Positions 1 through 11,180 of a stretch of 64,000 nucleotides of DNA are shown piece after piece; the first letter of the stretch is position 1; each line of letters starts with the position of its first letter. The translations under genes and the position numbers were made by a program. Source of the stretch: Psammoneis japonica. Lineage: Eukaryota. Under the pieces are notes generated by a model. The model saw nothing but the letters and a program-made list of their open reading frames with translations, was not told the origin of the DNA and made no database searches. The stretch is taken from positions 1 through 64,000 of the forward strand of contig QPGO01000168.1 of the NCBI GenBank assembly GCA_008632985.1, written 5' to 3'.

Positions 1-599
1 CTCTCTGCCGGTGTTGTCAACAATGGGAAAAGAGAGCGGCATTGTGTCGTCAGTGACAGAGGGGGCCCACTTGCACTTGTGTGCAAGCATTGCTTGTGAC
101 CCAACAGAGATGATCCCTCTGTCTGTGCAGGGAATTCCAAAACTCTGCCGTTTTGGCAATCTTTTGCTGGGTTTCTTTTCCACCACTGTGAAGACAAGCC
201 ACTTGCCTCCTCTGCATGCTTGCAGTTGCCCTGCTGTTTGAGCTTTCACAAAACTCACAATGGCAAGCCAAACATTTGTGTCACTTGACAGTTTCAAAAC
301 ATGCACGCTGACCAACTTTTTGCTGCTGCCTGCTGTTAAATCTGGCCGCTGCAGCTTCGCCAATGGGGCAGTGTTGTGCTGACCTCATGCTTGATTTTTT
401 GTCAATTTCCAACTGTGGTGGATTGGCCTCATGGCAAAGATGTCTTGCCTCTCAGTGGATCGTGTCATTCCCACTTAGCCACAGGGATCTCTGTCAGGTT
501 GTGAGCAATGCTTGCACAGATGTGCAAGCAGGGCTCCTCTGCCACTGCTGACAACACACAATCCTCCCGTTTTGTTGTCGACAATGCTGGCAAAGAGAG
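1..599. repeat. Degenerate inverted repeat, arms ~1-120 and ~481-599
   Basis: Reverse complement of 1-120 (agagggatca...agcaatgcttgcacacaagtgcaag...ttgacaacaccggcagagag) aligns with 481-599 (acagggatct...agcaatgcttgcacagatgtgcaag...tcgacaatgctggcaaagagag). Confidence 0.7.
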
Positions 600-3500
600 T
601 TTGCATCGCAACCTTTGCCGCTCTGTCAATGACAATGACGACAGTGCACTGGACACTGATTCACGCCATTGCCGTTTGTTTTTGCAGCTGCTTGCATTGG
701 CGTTGGTGTGCCTTCTGTGCACATCATCAAGATCTCCTCAGGGTGTGCACCAAAGAGATCCAACACCTGCTGCCCCTGCGTGGCACAACAATGTCAAAGT
801 TTTGTTTCATCGTCTCTCACCATGGCGCCTGCTGACACCACCCATTCAAAAACGGCGTCCTCTTGGTGGGCCACTTTGTTGTCCCTGCAGGCTGCCATCT
901 CACCAACATTGGCTGAAGGCACTCCTGTCACTGCCACACCTGATGTGACTGCTCCACCATCACATGCTGCTGCAACAGCAGAGGATGCATTGGAACCTCA
1001 CAATGCACCCACAGCAGAGGATGCTGTTAAGGCTGAAGCGACTCCAGAGGCACATGCTGCGGATCCGGATGCCGGTGTGACACCTGCTCTGTTGGTTCCT
1101 GATGCATCCGCCTCGGAGCAACAGGTGCCACCAGTCATGCACCTCCATCAACACCACCACCACCACCCCCCGAGAAACCTCCTGACCCTCCTCACTCCCC
1201 ACCAACCTCTCCCAAGGCTCTCCTCACCATGTTCAAGAATGGCCTCAACTCTGCTGTTGCACAAACAGACAAGCACAAGCAAGCCCTTGACAAATCTGTG
1301 GACGAGGTTTCCAAGCTGTGGCGGGAGATCAGCGAGCTCCTTTCAGTCACGAGCAAAAGTGTTGAGCACAGATTTGACCCATGCTTCCATCTGCATTGTC
1401 CAAAGCATTGGCTGGCAACATGAGTTTGTCCACTTTGCCCAACACACCTGGTTGTCTGCGACATGTCCAAGCAACATTTTTGCTCATGGAGTGTTTCCAA
1501 AGAGTGGCAGTTGGGAAGCATGCAGACAAGCCTCATCTCACAGGACAGCGACTGGTTGTTTGCATGGGAATTGTTGCCATGCACTGTCTTGACTCAAAGT
1601 TGGAGAAAGCTTGGCTTGGCAATTTCCAACCTCCTGATGATGCAACCTTTCTGTTCATGTTTGCCATGGCTCCTTTTTCCAAGTCCTTCCCTTCAGCTCT
1701 TGGGGTGTTTTCTTCCTTGTGATCTCTCCATTGCACTTGGCATCAGAGACGATCAACCATGCATGCTGTGTGCTGTGAAACATCATTGCCAAAATTCTTT
1801 CTGCAACAAAAGACCAGGGCTTTCCACAGAGTTGTTCAGCCCATGTTTTTTGTTCTGCATTGGCAGAAAGTGGGTGGTGTTTGGCAAGAGCCACAGCCAA
1901 CTCTTCTTCACAGGGAGCACCAAGCTCATGATTTCTTTGTGTTTTCTTGCAACTCTGAGGCACTTGTCTCTGGGAGTTTCCTCCTCTTGCTGCTGTCACT
2001 TGCCCTGGTGGTTGCCTCTGTGTCTTGCACACAGCACTTCTGCATCTTTCAACAGGGAGCTGGCTCTGACAATCACTTCATTGGGCCACATTGGCCACTG
2101 ATGACAGAAAGCAACAGTTTTTGAAAAAAGATGTCTGTCTGTGTCAAGGAGTCAAACCATCCACAACCCATGCAGGCCACAGGTTTCTGGGGGCTCTCAT
2201 CTCCACACCTGTGACTGTCCCAACACTCAGCTCAATCTCATGATTTGCTGCTGCTGTGACATTCATTGTGAAGCAAAGAATGGACAGACATGCGTTTGTT
2301 GTCTCAGACCTTTTTTTTTTGTTCTGTCATGAAAGAACAAAGCACCAGCTGCAAAAGACAATCAACAGACAAAAAATTGAACACACACATGCCAACAAAA
2401 TCATTTTTTGTTCAATGATGTCAGCCAGCCAATGATTGGACCTCCACAAGAATGAGGGGCTTGCTGAGTCATTTGGCCGCCATTGTTGAAAAAGCATTTT
2501 CAACTTTTGCAGAGTTCAAGATTGTCGACATCTTTGTCTTTGTGGATTTTTCATGTGCTTTCTCCTGCTCCAATCTCTCTCTCTCTCTCTCTCTCTGCTT
2601 GCTGTCATTGAGTCAAACATTCAAGCAGCTCAACTCTTTGGCTTTGTCACACACAATGTGAGACAGAGTCATTGTGGTCATGCAGCAGACATGCAACCAC
2701 AGCCACTGTGGCAAAGAGCAGAGCAGCAAGCTTGAGAGCCTCGCCAGTGTGGTTGCTTCTGGTGCTGCTGCCAAAAAGGCAAACAATTCTTTTCCTTTGA
2801 GAAGTGCTGCTGCCAGTTGTCACTTGATGCTGTTTTTGTGATGCATCCATCTCTCTCAGTCCATGTGAAAACTTGTGTGTGTGTGTTCTGCACAATCAGC
2901 TGTGTGTCTGTCACAGAGAGACTCTCTGCATTTTTTTGCTGGCAAAACAAACACACCACAACATTTTGCTGCTGTGAGACACCAGCCACACCAGGAGAGC
3001 TCTGCCTCAATCACTGTGAAACATGTGTGCGTGTGCGCTGTGTGGGCAAAGTGCCAACAACATCACACCACCACATCATGACAAGCACATCATCTCTCAA
3101 ACATCATGCTGACAAGCAACAACAGAGTCAAAAAGCCAACAAAAAAATTGCTGAAATTTTTGTGTGTGGGAAAAACTGTGAAAAAAATGACAACAGTGAG
3201 AGAGCTCTCATCATGAGCCACCGGTGCCACACAATGAGAGAACAAGAAAAAAAGCTGCACACACACAAGTGCTGCCAAAACACTGTGAGCGTTGATTTGG
3301 CACACAAATGAAAAAAAAGAGTCTCGCCACACAGCCCTGCTGCAAAGATGACAATGGGCTCTGATGCTGTGTGGTGCAGCACAACTCTCAACAACAACAA
3401 CAAGGCCAAGAGCCACACAGACAGCATCATGTGTGTGTGCCATGAGAAAAATGAGCTGTCTTTTTTTTTTGACAAACACACACACAAGTGTGTGCCGCGC

Positions 3501-3735
3501 GTGTGATGTGTGACTTCTTGGAGAGAGAAGAGAGACACGTGCTGTTGCAGAAAAAAGCAGTGTGCAGCCATCATTGCTGGATGGTGGAGTGTGTGGGTCC
3601 TCTCTCTGGAGGAGAAGAAAACAAGGAGCTCTGCACCAAACAGAGGACCACTGCCAGCAATTCGGCTCTCTTTTTTGTTTTTTGCAGTGAGAGCGGACGG
3701 ATCGAATGACAGACAGACAGACAGAGCCGCAGTGG
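1..3735. other. TpA- and CpG-eroded degenerate repeat/pseudogene block; source element not identifiable
   Basis: By eye only three TA dinucleotides (337 TTAA, 476 TTAG, 1028 TTAA) in 3.7 kb; TG/CA excess; overlapping Tyr-free Cys/His-rich ORFs in all frames; normal TA resumes abruptly at ~3740. Confidence 0.8.
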
Positions 3736-3838
3736 AAATTATGATCATTGAAATTATTCAGTTCTTTAAATAAAAACATGGAACGGTCATTTTCAACGCC
3801 AACAACACAAAAGCATCACAACAGCAACAACAACCACC

Positions 3839-6800
3839 ATGACAACGACAAGCAGAAGCAACGAACTCGAGAGCCTCACTGCTAGTACGGTGGGTTCTGG
3901 TAGTACGAAAAAGACAAACACTAATTCGTCTTCCTCTCTGCTGACTGCTATATTTGACTCGAGCCATTCCAAGCAACGATCATGTTGTGTATTGGGAGTC
4001 GTATGTATTGCTTTCTTATTGATTTGGAATGCTTCTGGCAGTCTAGAAGAGGAAAACAACAATGGAAGTGGAGCAGCAGTAGTACTACCACCCATTGCAG
4101 ATTCTACTACTACTACTACTACTACTACTACCGACGTTGTGGTGCAAGACAACAACAATGACGTTGCTGATACTACTCCATCTACATCAACACCCTCTCC
4201 ACCGTCCAGAAAAAGACGGATTTTCGCATTCCCCCTCTTGCAAATCCCGATCCCTTTCATTTACCAATTGACAATGCCACAAGAGACGCCATTACAAATT
4301 CCTTTGGTCAATGGCATTTTTGGGATGGTGATGCCGCATTGCGTCCTTCTACTGATTTCATGCAAAAGTATCCCAACAATGATGTTCCCGGATCTGCCTT
4401 TCCAAACAATGCATGGCAAGTCGATGCCGTCTATGTCAATCATTTTTTAAACGATGCTGATTTGTTGTTATCCAGAAGTATGGAAGCGATTTTTAGTGAA
4501 TACGGTCATGGTAAACCATTGTCGCCCAAACTCATGATGGAACGCATGCACATGTTTCATGTCGAGGAAATTTCTTCTTCCGAACAAAACCCTCCCGCCA
4601 ACTTTGGACGACGTGGAACACGGGATACCGGTGGTTGGACCACCCAACGAGTCAACAAGGATTGATTCGACGATTGTTGCATGCCATGATGACCAAGGAT
4701 ACATTTACAGTCGTTTTGGCGGGACATTCGGCTGCGGCCGGAGCGGGGTGAGTGTATAGTGAGAGAATGAGGAGATGTATATATTTTGTTGTTTTGTATG
4801 CTTCACTTACTAACACTCACATTCTCTCTTTCTACTACTGCTACTGCAATTTTCTCAAACAGCAATCATTTTCGTCAATCGTACATTCATCAATTTCATA
4901 AAATTATGTTTCCGGTATTTGCACGATTGGGTGTGAAATTGGTGACACGCAACATTAGTCAGGGTGGTCTTGGTACCATTCAAGGCAGCATGGGCTTTGC
5001 CGGTATTTATGGCAATAATGTGGATTTGGTCATTTGGGATTCAGGCATGACGGAAAATAACAATCCCGAACACGTTGATTTGTTTTTACGACAAGCCTTG
5101 TTGAGTGGTAAACGTGTTCCCGTCGTTTGGGGTGGATTGTTTCCACTCTTGAAGAAATTACATGATGAATGTGATGCCGACATTGGTGAACACGGACGAG
5201 GCACCGTGGGACTTGTCGAAACGTGTGAGAATCCGACGAAATTCCATGGGCCGCACGGTACATGAAATGTTGTCCCGATCATGCCGATGTTTGCAAGGAG
5301 GAATCACGCTTTAATTCCGTGTGTTGGTTGGATCGAAAGAATGATAATGTTGAACCACGCGCAACACAATTACCACACCCCAAATCTCAAGTCAAATGGC
5401 ATCCCGGATGGCGTGCACATCAATTGGAGGGACGGGTTCTTGCTTTTTTGTTATTAAAAGCACTCCAATCGGCTGTCAATACATGGAGTGAAGCTACCAT
5501 GAGTGGACAACCACTCGATGATTCGTATTGGCATGTTACGGATTATTATGAGAATATTCGACAAAAAGTACAAGCTTGCAAGAGGGAGAGTGTTTGAAGA
5601 TTGCACCCAAATTACCCAAACGCATGTGCCATGTGCCCATGAATGTGAGTTTATGGTATAATGAGAATTGTATTATTATTGCTAATGTGTGTTTTGATTA
5701 CTTTACATGGCTCTCTCACACACACTCTCTCTCTTGTTTCAAAACAGGGCCGGACACAATACACTCCACGTGCCAATTTTGACGAGTCGGGTATTACCAA
5801 TCTCATCAAACCGGCATCGAATGGATATCTACCCAAAAATGAAAAAGTGGCACTCTATGACGGACCCGATGTGCATTTACCCAGCAATGATGTCCCGGAA
5901 GGACAAGTGAGTTTTGGCCATTGTCATGAATCGAAGACGAAGACGACAATTGGGTAGTGGTGATGAAGACGATAAGGACGACGACGACAAGGATGAAAAC
6001 GAGCAAAAGGAGGACAAAGAGGATGGTAATGGCGGCGACGGAAAAGAAGAAGAAAAGGCACAAGACGACGAGGAGCAAAACGAGGAGAACAAGAAGAACG
6101 ATTCTCCAAAAGCTCAACAATTGCGTGGAAGCAACAGCAATGGTGACGAAAATGATGCGATTGTTCCCGGCTTGGGTTGGCAAGTCTTTGATGAACCTCA
6201 GGGTACGTGTGACGGAGAATACTTGTCGGTTTGTGGTCGTTCCACGGACAATCCGTGTATTTTGGAAGGACGACACGATGCACGGGGTGCCGTGATTGGC
6301 AATTCCTTGTCGGGGTGGCTCGTTTTGAATATCCCTAAAATCCAACACGGTATTGTCGTCATTAAGCTTCACACGTGGCATTATGAATCGGAAAATACAA
6401 TTACCGAGGGATGGGTGGGTGTGAATAATTCTGGTAAACAAGAACAACAAGACAAGGACGTGAAGAAGGAGGAGAAGAATGCCGACAAGCAAGATGACAA
6501 GGAAGATACCGCGAGTGGCGATGGAAAACAAGATGAAAAAGAAAACAAGCCGGAGGAAGCAAAGTCGAACGAGAAGGACAAGGACGGCGTCAAACAGGAA
6601 CAAGTTGAAAGAAAGCAAGATGACGACGACAAGAAGGAAGACGAGCGGCGCCACTTGATGCGCAGCTACGCTACACCCGACTTGCCCGATACCTTTTACT
6701 TTGATTATGCCATTCAGGGACAAATCACCTCCTCAACAAGACTGAGTTTCTAGAGCAAAAGCAGCAAATTCAACGCGTCGTGGAAACCTTGACCTTGATG

Positions 6801-6905
6801 GATGACGAGAATTTTCCAGAAACGGAGAATGTTGAGGTTGCCATTCGTTTGCGTGGATGCGGTCGCAAGTGTGTCTTTGGATTGTCTCATGTGTACTGGT
6901 CGTAG
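3839..6905 (+). CDS. Type II membrane protein with SGNH/GDSL-hydrolase-like domain; two introns (4748-4862, 5645-5747) and about six 1-nt frameshifts
   Basis: N-terminal TM segment (VLGVVCIAFLLIW) and Thr-rich stalk. Splicing restores TVVLAGHSAAAGAG|NHFRQSY and HVPMN|GRTQYTPRAN. DLVIWDSGMTE and WHPGWRAHQ resemble SGNH blocks. Ends LSHVYWS-TAG at 6903-6905. Frame switches near 4210, 4650, 5235, 5582, 5908 and 6730. Confidence 0.7.
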
Positions 6906-7150
6906 TTAGGTATAAGGCGGGCATCTCTTCAAAAGAGGGTTGATTGCTTTTAGAGTTTGTGATGATTACTTAGAAAAAGAGAAATGTGAATGAGGTTTTC
7001 GGTGATATCATGTACTATTTTTCGAGGGTGCAAGCAATGCTAGATGCTGATCAGTGTTATGGCGGGCGTGTATTTGACTAGCACTAGTGTGGCAAACTCG
7101 TTGGGAACGCAAGTGTTAACTACTCTCTAATGATCGAGTCAAAGATCGGC

Positions 7151-8010
7151 CTAAGAAAGGGCTTCTTCTGCTTCTTTCCCGTCTCCTTTTCCGTCAACAA
7201 TGAGGCTTGCGCATTTTTTCAGATTGGCCTTTTCCGACTTGATCAGTTCTTTACAACGATCTTGAATGACCCACAAGTCAGCGTTACCCTCGATGAATTT
7301 CTCCCAGTCAATAACGGCATTCAACCATCCACGGAAACGTTCGTTCTGACAAAAATGATCCAGCACAACTTCACCTTGCTTTAAGTGCTTTTCTCAGCCC
7401 ACGAGTTGCCTTGTGTCATCGTGCACAACAACAAGTGGAACAAGGTCGCAAGCACGTGATTCTGGGCTTAACGATTTAGCGGCCCCACACCACATTTTGT
7501 CAACGCCCCAATCCGTTGGCTGGAACACATGCCAGGGAGTGAGAGCTTGGTCCAACAACCAGTCTGCAAAGTCTCCTCTCAATTGAGCAAAGGACTGTTG
7601 GACATGCATTGTTTGGATCGGTGAAGACAGTGCAAACTCTGGAACGCTGCACCTCTTCCACAACTGTGCTTCGTGGAATTGATGCTGCTCGTTCTTGTCA
7701 TGTTTTTCCCAGTCGAATGCATCAGCATGGCAGGTGCAATCTTGACTCCATTTGGAACAAACTTTCCATTGGCCAAGAGATGTTGGACTTGTCCGACATC
7801 CGTTGCTGGTGCACTGGTCGCTTCAAGATTGTGGGCCTGAGGAGACAAGAGCTGAGATCATTTCCTCCATGGAGGCACGTCGCTCTGTCGATTGGCCCAA
7901 GTTCATCCAGCGAACCGGCAGAGGCTCGGGCTCATGATGCACGTCAGCCTCGCATTGCCCCTCATCCAGAACTTCAGGTCAGAAAGATGGTTCTCCTCCA
8001 AGCCTGACAC
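7151..8010 (-). pseudogene. Internally deleted paralog of the GT25 gene at 20837-23628
   Basis: PLPVRWMNLGQSTERRASMEE matches PLPIYWINLEQSTERRALMEE; QPTDWGVDKMWCGAAKS and WEKFIEGNADL match the C-terminus. Near 7690-7710 the N-terminal part is joined directly to QFHEAQLW, skipping ~320 codons. Confidence 0.85.
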
Positions 8011-8131
8011 CGATGACGGCACTTCGTCATGTGACTCGACAGGTGCAGACGTGCTGACGCGTTCCAGCCCCAGGTGGGAGCTCGCAGTGCTGACGTGTGA
8101 CAAAAACAATTTTTGTCATCCGTCGCATGTT

Positions 8132-8410
8132 TCACACGTAGATTTCTATGTGTGACATTTAAAAAAAATTGTCCAGACTCGCTGTTTTGCAAAGCCCCAG
8201 ACATTTTACATGACAAATTTATAGAAACAACAATGCGCCAGTTGCATTCTTCAATGTCTGAAGAATGTAACTGGCCAAGTAAAAAATGATGTGCTTCAAT
8301 CATGTGCGAGTTTGTGCGTTCGCAAAATTGCCTCATTTTCTGTTGGCGATCATTGACATTTTAATTGCCGTGTGATTTTACTGCGGAGCTCGCACGTAGA
8401 AGTCTACGGG
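8132..8410. repeat. TA-retaining island bounded by two CGTAGA-N2-TCTA(C/T)G palindromes; possible DNA-transposon end
   Basis: tcacacgtagatttctatgtgtga (8132-8155) and cgtagaagtctacg (8395-8408); the interior has normal TA content while both flanks are eroded. Confidence 0.5.
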
Positions 8411-8666
8411 CCCAATGTCACACGGATTCCCACCCACATCTGGAACGCGTCTGCTGCAGAGCCAGGAGCCAGAGCCCGCCATCAATGCCAACACGAGACA
8501 AGCAATTCTGAATGCCGAATCAAATGTCCGACACTGATGATTGCATTTTGAAAATCAGTTGGGTCACATTAATCACGAGGACACAAAAATGTTCGTGTGA
8601 TGGCATTCAACCAGTCCTTTTCAATTTTTCAAATTTTAAATTTTCATCGCGTGCATTGAGTGCAAT

Positions 8667-9105
8667 GTGCAGCTGCTGACAAGAGCCAATGCATCACGGC
8701 GACATGTTGCAGCCTTTAAATGTCACAAAGGGCGTGACAAAATAACCTTTTGTCTGCATGCATGCTGCGTTGTGAATTCACAGCGGAGTGGTTCATCGCA
8801 ACCATTGGGCAGGAGGCCAGGGGCTCGAAACCCTGAGTGGGAGTTGTCTGCAGCAACGTTGATCACTGTCGAACGCGTGAAACTCTGTGCAGTTCTGCAC
8901 GTTCCTTCGCACGTACCCACACTGTTCCGCCAAAACCGTGCAGCGTCAGCACACGTCAGCAAAGAGCCGCATGGACACGCGACACATGGGGAGGAGTGCA
9001 GTGCACAGCTGCTGACAAGAGTCAATGTATCACGGCGACGTGTTGCAGCCTTTAAATGTCACAAAGGGCGTGACAAAATAACCTTTTGTCTGCATGCACA
9101 CTGCA
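8667..9105 (+). repeat. ~100-bp direct repeat (8667-8768 and 9003-9105)
   Basis: Both copies read agctgctgacaagag.caatg.atcacggcgac.tgttgcagcctttaaatgtcacaaagggcgtgacaaaataaccttttgtctgcatgca. Confidence 0.9.
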
Positions 9106-9108
9106 TAA

Positions 9109-9941
9109 GAGCATCTTCGCCAGTGAGTCGTAAACATAAACATAAACATAGGAACACAACCTAAAAGGACAAGCGAACAGACTGCCCCGTATAAGTTTAC
9201 GATTCTGCACGCGACCATCATTTTCAGTCGATCACAATCGTAGCACATTCGGCCGATGGTTGGGCAGACGTTGAGGTAACAACCAACTCCATACACGTAT
9301 ATCCATAACTAGGAACTAACTGATGGTAGGACGGACTTGTTGAATTTTACATGACGCCATGGCGGCTTTGAACGCAGTATACGACACAAATCACAGTCTA
9401 TTCAAAGATATGTCGACGTCTATCAATAGAGAATAATTCATATTATATGTCTATGTGTTACTATGTTGTGAAAGTCATTCTACATCGCGAAAACAAGCGA
9501 AATGTTATCACACGATTTATGCCTTATTCTCTTCTGACCCCATAAACCCCCCATATGTCGGTTCTCCTCCCATATCTCGATGCGGCCGTATGTAAGTTCA
9601 TAAGATACGACAAACTGTTAATTGTTGGGCCTCTGTAAGGTCCTCTCATCAAGAAAGCGTCGATTGTCGTTTCGTCATGGTGACACGCACTTTCTACTGG
9701 ATTTCTACACCCTTTTTGTACCAGAAATTTACGATTTTCGTTTACGATTTTGGAGGTGGATCGTATCCAAGGCCTGATTTGCGATTCACTTTCATGTGAA
9801 TCGTACGTAAATTCGAAAAGGGTTATTAGCGCAAAAAATATGTTTTCGATCCACCAAAATGATGATTTTTTGTGAATCTCATTCGTATCGGAAGACGTAC
9901 GGACATGTGTTTGTGTTTACGACTCACTGGCGAAGATGCTC
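9109..9941. mobile_element. Non-autonomous PIF/Harbinger (Tourist-like) element, 833 bp
   Basis: Perfect 28-bp TIR GAGCATCTTCGCCAGTGAGTCGTAAACA (9109-9136 / 9914-9941); TAA target-site duplication (9106-9108, 9942-9944); a GAGCATCT start with TAA/TTA TSD is typical of PIF/Harbinger; no transposase ORF. Confidence 0.85.
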
Positions 9942-10413
9942 TAAGGGGCGAATCGAGGGAGGATCGAAGCCGCTGCCATTGACGCCACTCGAAACAGCTG
10001 CGCTCTAACCTTGTTTTGAAATTTTCATTGCTGTCCATTTGGGGTTAAGCAAGGGATCGAAGCCGCTCTGACGCCACTCGAAACACCTTTGCTTTGGCTC
10101 TGCTCCATTGGCGGACAGGCACCACCTCCAAAGCACGTGTGCCGTGTTCTTGGAACCAATGCTGTGACCACACAGTGCATCCATGTCGGAGTCAGATTGG
10201 TGTTTTCAAGGCCTTGAAAAAATCTTGACATTGGCAAAATGCAAACCAAAACCGGAGGGATTGAAAGGCATCACCAAAATGACAGGACAATCTTCAAAAG
10301 ATCGCTCTTCTCGACTGATGCTCTCGGCAGCAGAGCAGATGATCAAAATGTCTCCTTTAAAAAAAGACACCTGTGCATTCACACTGTTAAATTTCTGTGT
10401 CAAGCATGTGTTG

Positions 10414-11180
10414 TCAGCTGCAACTTAGTTGCCAATCCTTGTGTGCAAGCGCGCCTTCCATCTGGCCAAAGTCAGGGCGTGTGAGACTGGCTCCAAACTG
10501 ACCATCATGAGCAAGGTGATCAGCTGTTTCAAGCTTGGAAAAAGTTGCACTCATTCCCTTGGCATTTGGATTTTTTAATTTTTCCTGATGCAACTCAACC
10601 AGAATCTGCCCAACCTTGACCACACACCCCATTCTGTTTTTTGCAAAAAGCCCAACTCAAAATTCTTTCACATCCACCTTGAGACAGCATGTGTGAGAAT
10701 GACCAAGCTCCTTCACAACTGTGGCAATGGAGTTGATTGGAAAGTGAGCTGTGCTCAGTTTGTTTTAGCTGCAAAAGCCACAGTCTCCATGACAGATGCC
10801 ACAAATGCCTTCCCATCCACTGGCTCTCTGATGTTTGGATCAAACGCATGAATCTCACATCCTGATCTGACTGGTTGAACTCGTTCCTCAAAGTCAGGTT
10901 CACTGTTTGATCCCACACTGTGTGCAGTGCAGCCATTGCTGCTGCAGTGCTCATTTTTGACTCCACAAACAATCTTGGTGTTTTGGTCTGCTTGTTGCTT
11001 GTGGACTTGAGCAAGGCCACATGCCCACCTGCCTTCAACTGTGTTGAGCAACACAAGGAGATGGTGACTTTTTAAAATCCCAAAAGCAAGGAAGGCTGAA
11101 ACATGCACCAAATGGCTTTGTTCAGCAAGATTCCAAACTGCTGGCCTTCGCTGTGCATGTTTGACAACCATGCCCATCAC
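10414..11180 (-). pseudogene. Eroded Methyltransf_22 (METTL24/FkbM-like) SAM methyltransferase pseudogene
   Basis: KIVCG...CTAHSVGSNSEPDFEE...CEIHAFDP, then LKVDVKEFE and GQILVELH in successive frames; family pattern CxVYSxGS...FE...CEIHxFDP...LKxDxE...QILxExH. Confidence 0.7.

Noticed and set aside
508..3779. Cys/His-rich ORFs as metal-binding or zinc-finger proteins
   Set aside because: The composition follows directly from the TG/CA excess; ORFs overlap in all frames with no coherent motif.
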